The position numbers and the translations under genes are program-made. From contig CAJNYD010000550.1 of assembly GCA_905331295.1 (NCBI GenBank), positions 1 through 48,943 on the forward strand: DNA of 48,943 nucleotides, given 5' to 3'. The stretch comes from Rotaria socialis. Lineage: Eukaryota. A model generated the notes under the pieces. That model was given only the letters and a program-made list of their open reading frames with translations, did no database searches and was not told the DNA's origin. Positions 26,601-41,957 of this stretch are shown piece after piece (positions within the stretch are counted from its first letter, which is position 1; each line of letters opens with the position of its first letter).

Positions 26601-29600
26601 CTGAATAATGATACTGTTATACGACTATAATACTACGTAGGATGTCAGTGCTCATGAATGTTGGCAAAAGAAATGAGAAAAAGAGAGAGAATTTGTTCCA
26701 TCATTCTGTACGATTGACGACAGATCATGATGATGCAACAATTGCGTATGTATACCCGGACCGAGAAAAAGACGTCATCAGCGTTGGCGAATGAGAAACA
26801 TAGAGATCCACTAATCGTTATAGATGTATTTGTATGTGTGTACACATTCGCATGCGTGTGTGCGCACGTCAAGTTTTATCAGACTGTATCGGTTTACGTC
26901 GTCGTCTGCGGCAGATTACCTTCGAACTCGTTGTTGTCGACCCGCACACAGCAGTAACAATGAAAGAAGATTATACTGATTGGTGTGCAGAGAAAATGTG
27001 CATATAATAGTTATACAACTTGTGTTTAGAAAGAGTATTCAATAAGTAGACGTTTTTATTCCCCCTTTTTTTCTTCTTTGCATCAGCACTAACATTATTC
27101 AATATATGTAAAAGAATTTGAACAAGTTCAATGAGAATGTCTATTTCTTCTACTCTCTTTTTTTTTTCTCATGTACGTTTTACTGAATAGATGTAATAAT
27201 ATGTGTGATTGAACTCATTTTGCTCTATAGAGTACGAGAGACAGAAAGAGAAAGACAAACAATTATAGAAACACATGTCACATATTCTCATATACATTAA
27301 ATCTTTTGATAAAGGACTTGTCTTAAGATACATTGAAATATGATGAAATAGGAAAGACGAGACTTTCAATCTATGTTCTTTGTTCTATTTATCATATACA
27401 GTGACAGATCTAATTTAATTTACGCGCAATAAGAAGGTCATTCAGGCTAATATTGCTAAAGTTTATATCAACACTGCGTTGGTATATTAACAACCAATGA
27501 ATTGTTTCAGTCGATAAATGCAGAGGAGAAGAAAAAGAAACTCGAAATTTTACAAATGTTTTAAATGGATTTATCAAGGTAATAATCATGAATTGAAGTA
27601 GCTTCTTCAAAAACGATTGCTAGTGATTCATGCAAACATTTACCTGTTGATGATACAACACTCGTCGATAGTGTTGTTGATGGATAAAGATGATCGAGAG
27701 TTTTTAAGACAAGCGATTGCTGCCAGTGTGTGTGTGTGTGTTTGACGATAAAAAGTATTATATTTGTTTTTCTTTAATATTTGCTAAGAGACAAATATTT
27801 ACTTAGCAGTTTTTTTACTTTGTTTAGATAAAACCGTTCATTGATGATTATATACGAGCAATGAATGTAAAAGATGGGATAGCACATACTTTGACTTTCT
27901 CTCTCTTTCTCTCTCTCTCTCTCTTCTTCTTCTTCTTTTTGGCTCTCATATTTCCCCGGTTCATCAATACGGAAAGAGTCAAGTGGCTACTACTAGAACG
28001 ACGACGACGACGACAACAACAACAGTAGTAGTAGTAATAAGTTAGTATGATCAACCAAAAAAAAACAGATTCTCTCGAGAAATTGAGCGCGCCTCGAATG
28101 CAAATGATTATATGTATATAGACAAAGTTAGTTTCATCTTCCGAATAAACTCAATCGACTCGTTCGGAAGGATAAGTAATGTCATATATAAGAGAAAAAA
28201 AACGGATGTTTGACAACAATCATCTCTCAATCGCTCAACACACACATATATACATAGACACATAGTATTTGTAGCACATCCATTCTGTTGGATAGATAAG
28301 ACGAGAGATGATAAATCGATGAAAACTTACCGATCATTGATTTGTGGACTAGCGGCAAGGCCAGAGTCATCACTTGGATAGATATTTGTTTGTTGAATGA
28401 GATTCTTTAAATCATCTAACTTTGATACAGTACTTTCTTGATCATTATCATCAAGTAATATTGGTGTAGATGATGAATAACAACGTTCTTTATTATCATT
28501 ACTATTATTTGTTTGTTGAATATTTTCACCTTCCATTTCAAGACGCGACAAAATAAGATCAATATCATTATTGAAACTAATTAATTCTCTTAGTACATTA
28601 TCTTCATCAGCATATAAATTAAATCTTGAACTATCAGCTGACATATTATCATTGAGACTACGACGTTTTCGTCGTGATTTTCTTATGGATTCACAAGATT
28701 GATCACGATGAAGTAATGATCGTGGTGTTACACCATTACGGCCTAATAAAGAATTTGTTGATGGTGATAATGAACGCTTTCTTGTAGGAGATAATGGTGT
28801 TTCAACTGTTGTTTTCGTACAAACATCGTTATAATATTCATTTAATACTTGCGCTTTATCAATAAGTCTTCGTAGTAAACTTTGTGTTGAATATGACGAA
28901 AGATTTGTTGCTACAGAAGATAAATCTCTTGATGGTAAACTTTTTGGTGTTCCACTTTGTAAATCATCATCAGTTTGACGAACTAAATCAGTTGATACGG
29001 ATTGATGTTTTTTTATTATAGATTTAATACGTTTTCGTCTCTCATTTTCATCGTCATTTATTGATGATGCTGCTTCAATATCTGTAAATGAATATGAATC
29101 AACACCATTATTTAAACCGCGAATACCATATGGAATCGAATTAATACGTGTTGTTATATTATCATGCCGATTAAGAAGTAATGGTATTGACTGTGAATTA
29201 CGCATTGGATGATGAGAATAATTATTATTAATAAATGATTCATTTTTATGTTGACATGACGATGATGAAATAATATTTGAACTATGTTCGTCACTGTCAT
29301 TCAATAGCCTTTCAGGTTCAATTATGGAATGACCATTTGATATGGGCGATGTTGATCGAGTAGCTGAAATAGTTGCAGCTGCTGCTAATTGTTGTTTACG
29401 AGCGGTACTTTGTCTTTTTTGAGCTAAATTTACAGTAAACAAACAAAAAATCGGACTTTCATATATAGATATTTATCATTATAAAAATTCATTTTCAAAC
29501 CTTTGAAATATTGAATCCGTTTGAAAAACCCTTTGTGAACATCACATTTTGTATCTTCTTTTGGTGTTGTTGTTCCATTCTCGGATTGCCCATATTTATC

Positions 29601-29753
29601 TATTGATTTAGATTGGTCACGTGTACGAGAACAGCCACAACAAGATGTTAGCAAAGAATTTGTTTTATGTTTATTACTAATTAGTGTTGATGACGATAAG
29701 CGTGTACATTTCATTGAACCAAGCAACGTTTTATTCAAAGAATTTGAATTCAT
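23680..29753 (-). CDS. RhoGAP-START protein, DLC1/STARD13/crossveinless-c family; exons 29753-29501, 29423-28331, 25828-25710, 25643-25574, 25506-25127, 25071-24941, 24865-24668, 24611-24471, 24411-24104, 24039-23842, 23785-23680
   Basis: RhoGAP motifs VFGVPL, EGLFRKPG, QYFRELPE, LLLPDETRDVL. START motifs RILHERYLWD and DFSGRSSQWYENVFG...LRDTF. All junctions are GT-AG and in frame. The first two exons are less certain. Confidence 0.88.
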
Positions 29754-32700
29754 GGTCAAAACGAAAATGATTTAAATACGAGTTTATATATATAAATATA
29801 TGTATATATGTATATATATATATATATGGAGAGATTCGTACGTGACCCTTATGGCAAGTTATTATGCAAGCTGATGCGAAGGTACATTGTACAGCATAAA
29901 GATCTGAAAAACAGACGATAAAAAAGAAAGAGAATGAATGTATGAATGAGCGTTTAGAACAATTATTAAAGTTTTAACGACCGGCCACCCATTTGCCTAC
30001 TATAACGTATCAGCACAAGACAAGTGCTATTATGTACGTTTAGAAAAATGATGGCGATGATGACCAAAAAAAAAATAAGAATGTCGCATAATTTTTTCGT
30101 CTTATGTTTTATCGACCGATTAGCATTTTATTCCTTGTCGGACGTAGCTTAGTAGAGAAGAAAAAAGAAAAAATTTATTCGAAGAGTAAAAAAAACGAGC
30201 GAGAATTTTTTGTCTGCAAAACGTACCATAAGCACATTGACAAGAACGAACTTGTTGTGCCACAAAACTCCCCGTGGTTAATTTCACAGAAGAAAGACAG
30301 TTCATCTTCTCATATTTATTTTATTCTCATATGTGCACACTACCTCCAGTAATCAATGGTATTTTCTCTCTGTCGTTTGGTCTCTTCAATTCTTCCATTT
30401 TTTATGGGAATGAACGAACAAAGAGAGAACAAAATGAGATGGGTGTGGAATGAAAATATGTGACATTGAGCGACTATTACGGGGCTGACATGAATAGAAT
30501 TCAAGATAATTGCTTCTATCCTTACCTAATCGACAAAAGTTTTTAATCATTCTTTCAGCTTCATATGTTCTTCTCAAGTCTTTCTTAATAGAAAAAAAAA
30601 ATGTTTGTTAACAAAAAAAATATTTTACTCTACTGTCACCAACATATACATTTATGTTTATATATATAGAGGCGACGAATCGAGATCAATTGCAAGGTTT
30701 CATCAATTGAAAAGGTTTCAACATCGGCTGCTACGAATGCCACTGCGTTACTCCTATATACATATATGTATACAACGAGCGTGTCATGTGTCAGTACATT
30801 TCTTGATAGAGCGACAACTGGTAGAATCATATTTATGTGTAGGTAGTTCTCATCGAGTAACAAGAGTCATCGTCATCGTTTTCAGTCTATACACATGTCT
30901 CTTATTACCATGTCCATCTTGTTACGTATGTCTCGCCTCATACATAAATGAATGCATTCAAATGCCTAACTTAAAAATATCGCAGTTGCTACACACACAC
31001 ACACACACACACCTGCACATACACTTGAGTTGATGAACTGGAGGAAAACGAATGAGTGAACAATTCTGTTCTCATCTGTTTTTTTTTGTAACAACGACTG
31101 GCAATTAGTGTTCATGCAATTATTTAATTCTGCTTTTTTCTTCTTCATAAATATTCAACGACGCTTACCTTAAACCAAAACATTTGTTATGTTTTATTTA
31201 GAAGTTAAATCTATCTATTAAGGTTAATGTCTCTCTTTCTCTACTGACTTAATTGTCAAATATTACATTGTCTCGAATGTGTCTCTATAGACATCACTAC
31301 ATACATGACATTATTTCTTGTGCAACTAATTAAGTCTAAAAAGCCTACATGAATGGAATGAATAAGGCTATTGAAATTAAATAAGCTTTAAAAAAAAGAG
31401 AGGCAGGTAGGTAGGTGGAGAAGAACATAAACATAGGTAAAACTCACAGCACGATAATAATTGAATCACTTATCCCTTTTAACAATAGTATCCGCTAATC
31501 TAGTACATGCCAATAATAATAATAATAGTAGTCGTAGCAATCATGAAAAGAAGAGGACCAATTTTTTTGTTTCTTCTTAATTCATATTCCTTTAGTTGTT
31601 TGCCACAACTAATTAAAATGAAAGAAATGAAGTCCTATTCGTAGATACTACTAAACAAGTGTTGTTTATCAGACAGTAACTCGATCATTCACACGAACAC
31701 ATACACACTCACTCACTTACTCACATACACACAACACATGAAGATTAGAGATCATTAAATCTGAACGCGCCTGTTCTCTTTAGACACACATATACGTATA
31801 GATATATATATATATATATATACAGAGATTACACAATCGATCATATACGTTAACTATATCTGCTCATCATCAAACAAGAGAGTCAAAGAAAAACACTTAA
31901 TATCTCTCGTGTTCACCTAATAAGAAGGAAAAAGGGAGGAAACTGAGTTCCTCAATGTGTGAACATGAACGAAAGCATATACTTATTCTTTGTTTTCGTT
32001 GTTATATGCTAATAATGATATTCGTGCATAATCCATTGAAGGGGTATGAGTGTACAAAGCAAACATACATGTAAAATGTTTCTCATTCTACATCGATGTA
32101 TTTTTTCTTCATGAGGATTAGTTCAAGTAGCAGTTCAGAATACATATGTAAAATTTTGTCGTATTAGGCAAGAAAAAAGGCGATTAACTTTATTTTTTTC
32201 TTCGTCTTTGTTTGACTGCTGTTTTGTTTTCGCGGCTAACTCTTTTCATATGATTAAAGTAGAAATAAGAGATTATTAGTGAAAAGTAATTTTTTACTTA
32301 CCAATTCTAGGCCTTATCTATGAATCTTTTAGTTCAATGTTTGTATCTGCATTTCTATTGAATGAATTGTTCCAGATCGATGATGTAAAATGAAGGTATA
32401 CCGAGGAAAATGAAGAACGAGCAGGAGAAGAAGGAAAAAAAAAGAAGTAGTAGTAGTAGTAGTGGTAGTAGTAGAGGAAGAAGAATAACGTATAAAGCTA
32501 TAAACAGACGAACGATCACTTCTACTTATGGAGGTGTTTTGTTTATTGGAGCTAATAAATATTTATTCTTTGAATAGAACGACGGGGCATTGATAAAGTA
32601 TTGAAATTTGGTCTTTCATTATTCAGCAAATGCGAATAGTATTGATCGATGATCGTCAATATTAACGGGAAAGAAAGGAACCAAATGACAGCCATACCAA

Positions 32701-33784
32701 CACAATTCATCATGTATTTGTAAGAGAAAGAGATGGAGAGCATAGATGAAAATCAATGAAACAATTTGTCGTTGTTATTCTGCAGACACGTATACGTTGC
32801 AATACTATATCTTTCTGTAGTTTTCAGCAACTCGACGTTTACGGGTGGAAATGACATCAATAGTTTCATCACATACAAGCAAAGCGGAAACGTTTCGTAG
32901 TGGTCCGTTCGCTTAGGTTTTTTTTCTACTTACCGCTTGAACACCGATAGCCTCTATGTTCGTTTAAGGATCATTAAAGGGTCCTTCGTTGCGAGTTGCA
33001 TGGCGTATATATACATTTACATAACGGACCAGACCGGAAGGTGTGTGTATGAGGTTTTTCTTCTTCTCTTCTTCTTCTTCTTCTTCTTTTTCTTCTTTTT
33101 TTTTGTATTCTATCTATTTCGATTCTTTCATCAAACGCTAATTAGAGAAAAGGACGAGGAGAGAGAAAAAAGGTACTAGAACAATGAAAACACGAGCAAG
33201 AGAGCATGAATTTTATGATTAGACAGATCATTGTTGGTTGAATGAATAGAAGAAGACGGATAGATTTCCTTTATACGCCATGGCCAATGTGCTTACCAAT
33301 GAAACAAATGAATGTTACTGCTTTCTCAACGGCTTCATTGTCGTTATTGTCTTTTCTATACTTCAATCATATTTTTTTACTGCTGTATTTTTTTTTCTCA
33401 ACAACAAGCAGTCATTCAAATAGTCAACCCCAAGCAATGTCAACGTTAAAATAGTTTCGAGCAGATGACAGTGACCTGTATGAAGTCAAGTATCAGTTGA
33501 CCACTTGACAATATCCACTGTTAGACAATAAGGATTAAGAAAAATACGCCACTCAATCAATCATCCATTCATGGACAGGTATATTCACAACATACACATT
33601 GATATAGATATATGAATTTATATAAATATTTTTGTCATTTTTTACGGATAGTTTCTTTTATTTTTTCTCTTTATTGATCGTAATAATGTTGATACAATAA
33701 CAAAACGCAAACAAAACAAAAAATGGTCTAAAATTGCATTTATTTGTAATTTGTTATTGTTGAATTTTTATTGTCGGATAGTTC

Positions 33785-34355
<571 letters not shown>

Positions 34356-35167
34356 TTATCTATATCTGTGTGGTTTAAGACACGCGAATCTGAAAAAAAT
34401 AAGATTAATGATTTTCTGATGATTATGGTGTTCGAGACTGATTATTGAAAAAAAGTAAAATGATAAAAAGAAGAGACAGATTTATCGTAGGATAAAAGAT
34501 TTTATCGATGACTAATGTTATGATGTTGTCAATATGATATGAATCTAGTTCACTTTTTGTTTTTCTAAAATAAACATATTTTTCTTTTTGATTACTTTAA
34601 CATATAATTTATTTCAAAGTTTTATATAATCACTTATATGTTACTATTCTGTCAATGTATAACAAGTAGCATTAGGATCATCCTACATTTCTGCTTTGTA
34701 TAAATTACCATACTTGTATTGATCCGGTACACGTATCATCTTTTGATGTGTTTTTGTGCTCTTCAATTCACGTAAAGCACGTATTAATGTCATTACGAAC
34801 AAATACTGTCGCACAATTTACGTGAAATTCCGGTGTATTATAAAACATTTTTGTACATATTTTTTGATGATACTATTTTATTGACTTTGATTTCATCCAT
34901 GTGTTCAATTAAATCAATAATCAGAGGTCTTACGTCATCGAGTTCGAGTGAAATAATATCTGAAGAAAAATATGTAACAACAATTACAATATGTTTCTTA
35001 ATAAAAAAAAAAAATTGTTCGCTAAGTTATAAATACGAAAGGAAAACAATAAGAGAATGGAAATACAAAATAACAATTTGTACTTTAACAAATAAGAAAA
35101 ACGAAAACATAAAAATTCTCGATTGTTGTTAAGAATGATATAGATTTATTTTTTAATTTTAAAAATA

Positions 35168-38100
35168 CTAATCCGTTTTTGCGTGTTGTTCTGTAGATGT
35201 ATCTGTCTGTGATTGTTCTCCAGTTGCTACAAGAGCAGAATCTGGTTCACCTGATGTACCAAACTCATTAAGACGTTTACGATCAACTGGATAGATATAA
35301 CGTTGATAAAGATAAATAAAAAATATGATGTCTAAATGAAATTAAAAATTAGTAAGACAAAAATTAACAAGAAAAATCTTTTTATTGTTCTTACCATCAC
35401 GGAAACACCCAATTCGATACATTGTAGGCATTTTAATAACAAAGGCAAACAAATCATCAATGAATGTATTTAATGCTTTGTATGTCATCATACGCCATGG
35501 TAAATGTGACACTGATTTAAGTTTATAATTAATAAACAATTGTGGTGTCATCATGATAAAGCCTTTAATAGAAAAACTAGAATTTTCTAGATACTTTTTT
35601 ATTTTATTTTAGTTGAATATATACCGAATGTTAATAAAAAGCCGTAAATTGTACTTAAACAAAACGAATACCAACTTTTTTGTTCATGGTACATTAACAA
35701 ATAACATGCATAACCAATAACTAATGGAAATAACATCCATGAAAGATATTTAAAAGCCATCTAAACATAAAACAATTATTTAGAAAATTATTATTAATTA
35801 AAATTCATCACAAACTCGATCATGATCTGATGTTGATGTATCTGTATAGGATTGTTTGTAAACATATTTATATTTTGGAATGAAACCTAGCCATGTTTCA
35901 TTCGGTGCACGCTAAAAAAAAGTGTACATTGATAAAATTTCTATATAGAATTAGAAATGATCTTACTTCAAAATTGAGGACTTTTGGTACTTTCCATAAT
36001 TCAATAATTATACCGACTGACACACTAATACGAACCATTGTGTTTGCTTCGTTATCAAACACATATAATAAGACAATAAAACTTTGGAATATATTGAAGA
36101 AAACGCTTCGCACAGATAAGCCTTCAAGAGATTTTCGTGTTCGCCAAAATTGAATATCTAAATAGATCATTTTATATTTTTTTAAGATATTTTTTATATA
36201 AGCTTTTAATCTTGAACTTGCACTATTAAAAAATATGAAATTTATTCTACTTGTCTATAATTCATTATTTTTAGAACACGAGAAAATTCTCTGTGCTCTT
36301 TTATTCTGTATATTGAATTGATTTTATTTGTAGTGGAAAGAGCATTCCTTTTGTTTTCAAAAAGAAACATCATAATAGTTTTTGAAATTTTCTATTCTCT
36401 CACTTATTTCTATTAATTTCAACTAAGTTAATCTTTTTGAAGAAAATTTCATCATCTTAAAGCGAGCTATGAGAAAAAAACTCTCCTCGACTATTGCAAG
36501 CAATTTTAGTTTCGTTTTATTCGTTTCTCACAAGTTGAATAACTGAGCTTATTTTAAAATTAAAATAAATTCGAATATTTTCTTCAGGAAGAAAAATAAA
36601 CGTATTTCAAAATTTTACAATTTTTCACAGAAATAAGATCGAGAATTCTCTAGTTTTTACTCTTGAGAATTCAACATATACAAAAACTGTGTATCTACCA
36701 TTTTTAAAGGCCAAAATTTCAAAAATGGTATGTACGATTGATACAACAATAGTGATCACAAGTAAATATGGATTAGTTTCAACAAGTGCACGCTAAAAAT
36801 GAATATTTTGTATATATATAGAGAGAGAGAAACAAAAGTATGTATTGTTAGTCTTTTACTTTCATAGCATCTTGATCGTCATCATTTTCTTCGTCGCCAA
36901 GTATATTTCCATACCATGATTGACGTACATTTTGTGAAACATACATTTGCCATTTCCACAATTGTATTGGAGCAACAGTAACTGTTAAATTAAGATGACT
37001 AAAAGTGAAGGATTTAGTAGTATAATAATTTCTAAAAGTCACATTTCTTACCTCATTGTATCATTAATTGGGTAATAGTCAGAAAGAAGATTCCAATAAT
37101 CATTCAAATAAAGTACTGGATAATATTTACCCGTATAAATTTCAAAATCAAAAACTAAATTAAATAATAATAATATAATTATTGTCATGAAAAGATAGAA
37201 GAAATATGTTGATAATAAATTCAGTAACAAAAATACGCAGAATTACGAATATGGTCTATATGAGAACAAAAACGTGAACCAATGAGCAAAAATAAGAAAC
37301 AATGTTCCTAATTTAGAATGCTGACCTCATCCTTATGTTAATTTTTCGTAACGAGTTTTGTTCTATGGATAACATGAATATACTAATGTTAAAATAAAAT
37401 CATATCGTTATTTAAACTGAGGATATATATATATTCGTTGCTTGGCTGATAATTTTAAAGTAGATTCTGTGTACTATCAATCTTTGTAGTACGATTCAGA
37501 AAATATTTTTGCAATATATGAATAAAAACTGTAATTTAATTTATCTCGATGTAAGATCTAAGCTACAGAAATAACCTATGGGTTTATCAACAAAATTTTA
37601 AAACACACTAGATCAATCAAAATGATTCCACAGTATTCATGAAAGTATACGAAGTTGAATATTTTCTTACAACAAAATACATTGTTGAATTCTCTCTATA
37701 GTAATGTCAGTCAACGATTCTATTGAGTTTTTCAAATAGTACATAGCTGCAAATATATGTAGAATGATTAAACATTTATTATCATCATCGTTAGAGACAT
37801 TAGCCTATACACGTATCAGCAACAAGAACTAAATCAATTATAGATGTATTTTTTCTCTGTTAGCAGCAATGTTTACTCTATCCCAAATTTTTGTTCAAAT
37901 TAAAACCCAAATTATGTTTTAAAATTAATCGCAGCGGCAGTTCACCGGAGTAGGTTCCACATTTTCAACAGTCAAGAATTAGTCTCATTTCTGATCTCTC
38001 AGAGAATTCAACTGGATATTTTTATAAACAAAAAGTTAATATTCAGCAATGTTTGCAGTGTCATAATGTAAATCTAAAGTAGTTGTTTAAATGTCAACAT

Positions 38101-39540
38101 CAATTCTATACAATTCATGTGCCGTGATCATGAACAACAGTTAACTATCATAGAAATCTGAGTAACAATATTAGTATATCACTAATTTCTTGTAACTCTT
38201 TCAAAAAAACTCATAATCAAGTTTTCTGATATTTTAAAATTATTCGCATGACTTTTATGAAAAACTTTTCTTTTTGTACTTAAATATCATACAAATACCC
38301 AATCGATTCTACTACTTATTATTCTTCCATGAAACTGCACCGAAATGATTTCAATCGACAGAAAACATTTCACTGATCTCCTTGAACTTTACTCGGCATT
38401 AAAGTTAGATGTCTCATCTTCATTTTTTTTACCTTGATAAATTTAAACAATGAAATCAATAGGAAAGAAAAGTCTATATACTTACATTTATCCATGGGCG
38501 GTGGTACACTGCCTTTTGCCCATGGTGATTGATCATCAAGTAAATTGATGGTCATATTTGAATGCCAATGAGATAAAAGTTCAACAAGTTTATCCTCAGC
38601 TTTCTAAAAACAAAAGAATTAAGAAAAAAGGGATACGATTTAAACTTTTCATGCACACCTTTTGATATTCTTCATCTTGTTCTGTATTGCCTGTTAGAAG
38701 ATTTTTTGTTTTTTTATAAACTTTTTTCTTATATCGATTTAAACCTACACAATTCAAAAAAAACATTAATTTATTTAATGATATTTAATTATTTTAGAAC
38801 GTACGTTTGCTTTTCGAAAATACAAATTGTGGTGAATGAGATTCACGTTCATCAGGATCAATAGAATTGCCATGTTTAGTTACAACAACATGCAAATAAA
38901 GTGATCCATTGTTTTGCACATTCTATTCATCGACATGAAATATGCAATGTTTTATTTTTCTTTCTTAATTGTTACATACTTTTGAAATAGGAAATTCAAT
39001 AAATTTTGTATAAGTTCCTTCTGATGACCAATCTCCATATTTTAGACCATCGATCTCCCAGATAGGTCGTTTTAACGCTTCGTACGCATAGATTTCTTCT
39101 TCATTGATAAACAAATACATATCCTATAGAAAATGTTCCCAAATTTTAAAGATTTTTTCAAAATTTTATTCTTACCAATAAATCTCCTTTTGCAAAAAGA
39201 TTTCCGGGTGTATAACCAGGAATAGAGCTTCCTGGCGAAGTAACATTTCCGGCTGTATTATTTTTTGGTGATCCACGAAAAAATTGTGTGACAAAGTAAA
39301 ACATTACGATACGAAATCCAAAGGATTTAATAAAATCCCATCGTGATTGACGCGGCTGAACTGCAGGTGTAGGGCTATTATTTTGCCCAGCATCTACTGG
39401 TGTATTATTATTTTCTTGTTGCTCATTCTAGAAAAAAAAATCATTTAGATTTGATAATAAAAAATTAGAAGAAATTAAAAATATATACATACAGAATTTC
39501 CTTCGTGTTCTCCTGATTGGTTTTCATTTGAATTCGACAT
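35168..39540 (-). CDS. CLPTM1: CLPTM1-family multi-pass membrane protein, multi-exon
   Basis: Exons give NNGSLYLHV, KTKNLLTG, SHWHSNMTINL, YYPVLYLNDYWNL, DIQFWRTRKSLEGLSVRSV, MMTPQLFINYKLKSVSHLPWRMMTYKALNTFIDDLFAFVIKMP and YQRYIYPVDRKRLNEFG. Confidence 0.96.
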
Positions 39541-39865
39541 GATCTAGAAAAAAAATGATGTGAAAATTATCTTCGCTTTGTTTTTTTTTGAGAAATTTAG
39601 ATTTCTAGTAGCCATACTGTAAAATAATTTAATCTCATCAGTTTTATCGACCTCCGACTAACATCGAATAGCAAATAGAAAAAAAACTTTCTTCATGAAA
39701 TAAATCTATTTCACTAAATAAAATATTTCTATTTATTTAAAAAACAATTTTTCGATTTTTATGAAATTTTTATTGACAGTAGCGCTATAAACAATCATTG
39801 GTTAATAATAACAGCTGCAGATGACTCATGAATGGCATGCAGTTTTTACTGTGAATGATATAATT
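39541..39865. promoter_or_regulatory. Candidate bidirectional promoter between CLPTM1 and OSTM1
   Basis: Head-to-head start codons 325 bp apart. Contains a short 5'UTR intron of CLPTM1 (about 39617-39544), TATAAA at 39786 and ATTGG at 39796. Confidence 0.55.
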
Positions 39866-41547
39866 ATGTGGAAACATCTATTTTTTTGTTTTTTTATTCA
39901 ATTAATCTATCAAAATACTGGTGATCCAATATATCCAGTTCAAAATCCTTGTTTGGCTATACTCGATCGTTTGTCTGACGCATCATCTGGATTTCTTAAT
40001 TGTGCTGTAAGTCGAGCACGACCATTTAAATTATGTGAAGGCTGTGTTGATAATTATGCACGATTGCAAGATCTTATTGGTTTATTGGATAAAGTTTGTT
40101 GCTATTATTCTCTTAAATCAGTTCTAACTTCATTTGATGATACTAATATCTGATTTAGACCTATTCTGATGTGGATAGAAAGATTACATGTAAAAGATTT
40201 CTTGAAAGTTATGATTCAATACAAATTGTTGCTCAACTAATTTCATTTGTGGAGAACATTTGGATGTCATCATACTGCGACAGTAAGTTTCTTGAAAAAC
40301 AAAATGAGGATATTTAAACGATAGGAGTATGGTAGAATTGTTCAATACATTGCAGATGTTTTTTAAGAAGCGATACAATTTCACAACAATCACACATAAT
40401 TAAAAGAAAAGACTCTGCCACATTTCTATCATATCTCGATCGAGTAATTTTCTCAGAAGATAAAAAGTGATGAGATCTTCCAAACGACTAAACAGCGAGA
40501 TCCAGGTGATTGTTTCTAGGATTTAAATTCATACATTTAAACTACGTTTTCAATGAATATGATCTGAAAGTAAGATCCAGCAAAATAACCATATAATCTA
40601 AACAAGCATGTTTCTTTCATGCTTTGTTCATTTCGATAATTCTGAACAAGATTTTCGTACACATCAATAATTTTTATGAGCAAACATATTTTCGAAATTC
40701 AATTTTGCAAAACTATGTCAAAAGTTCTCAACAACGTCTCAATACATTTTTTCTGTTTAGACTGTATTACAGGTTACAAAGACACAAATGGTACGATTGA
40801 TTACAGTCTAACTGATGATACTAAACAATTTATTCAGAAAAAATTAAATTTTGATTTTTGTATATTTAATGCTACTGGTGTAAGTGTTTTCTATTGAAAA
40901 AAAAAACAAATCTTATTACTATTTGTTTTTCGTTCAATCATCTATAGCGTATGGTTCCAATTATTCCGATTGATCTCAATGTTACATTGAATACGAATGT
41001 ATGTTCTGTGTGTCTAACAACTTACAATAGTATCAATGAATTCTTCTTAAAAATAACACAACAAAATAACAATGGTGTTTGTATGGATATTGTTGATACA
41101 GTAAATAGAAAAGAGATTGTTCAATCCATGTTAATATTCTTATACATTTTTTGTTTCAAGATGAACTACACACGATTACTATGGAGTAAAATATATGAAT
41201 GTAGACGTCATGATCCAGATTATGTAGCTGTTATCGGCATTTCATTTTTTATTCCAACTATTGTTCTAGTCTTTTATATCAGTGCATTATTTAAAGGTAA
41301 GCGGTAATATCATGAGTCACCGAGAATTTGTTGCTTAATTAAAAATTTCTTTTGATTAAAAACTTCTTTTTTTCCTCTCTCTAGGTGAACGAAAACAAAT
41401 GAAATTATCAAGGCGTAAGTAAAAAAATGTTTCTTTTTCAATTTAATTGCATGATTTCTACTTTCAGAGAAGCGTCTTCCACCTCATTCCACGACTGCTG
41501 CAATAGTCGGTGCAAGAACATGGTTGTGGTCCAATCCGAATGAATAG
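39866..41547 (+). CDS. OSTM1: Osteopetrosis-associated transmembrane protein 1 homolog, 7 exons (39866-40093, 40159-40282, 40761-40879, 40948-41100, 41161-41297, 41385-41414, 41468-41547)
   Basis: Signal peptide, then CLAILDRLSDASSGFLNCAVSRARPFKLCEGC, IWMSSYCDNC, VCMDIVDTMNYTRLLWSKIYEC, a single TM helix and basic tail. An in-frame upstream ATG exists at 39821. Confidence 0.9.
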
Positions 41548-41957
41548 AGAAACTTGCTCTCTGATTTTTTTCCTTCTATTTTTTATACTGGGTTTTTGTG
41601 TAATATGATGAACAAACATTTAGAATAATGATAATTTGAAAAAAAGTAAATTTCTCTATTATCAGTGAAAAGGAATAATAAATCTTTGTAAATTTTTTTC
41701 ATATATCCGATTATTTTATGCTAATAATAGGCAAACATCTTATCCATACGAATACAGTATAGAATTGTCCGTGTCATACTGTCCCAACACTTTTAATTGT
41801 GTAACTGCCGATTACTAACTCAACAGACATGTACTTTAAGCAATACCGCAGAAAACGTGTTAGAATTTTTTAAACTCATTATCAATAATTTATTCTTATC
41901 AAAGTATTAAAAGTGGTTAACAACAAAAAGAAAACAAGCTTTTGTCCTTCCTTTTTC

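Noticed and set aside
27643..27720. Possible alternative RhoGAP exon with a good donor
   Set aside because: The frame is compatible, but no convincing start or acceptor; needs cDNA.
25976..33454. Many short ORFs in RhoGAP introns and upstream region (other than 28327-29759)
   Set aside because: Derived from microsatellites (TA, CA, GA, CTT, TAG) and AT-rich sequence.
36270..36670. GAGAATTCTC-containing remnant in a CLPTM1 intron as a MITE
   Set aside because: One TIR-like end (TCGAGAATTCTCTA at 36639-36652) but no matching end or TSD.
34388..39545. AG acceptors just upstream of start codons as SL trans-splice sites or an operon (CLPTM1-RPS15A)
   Set aside because: Plausible cis donors exist upstream (e.g. 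39617), so trans-splicing cannot be inferred from DNA alone.
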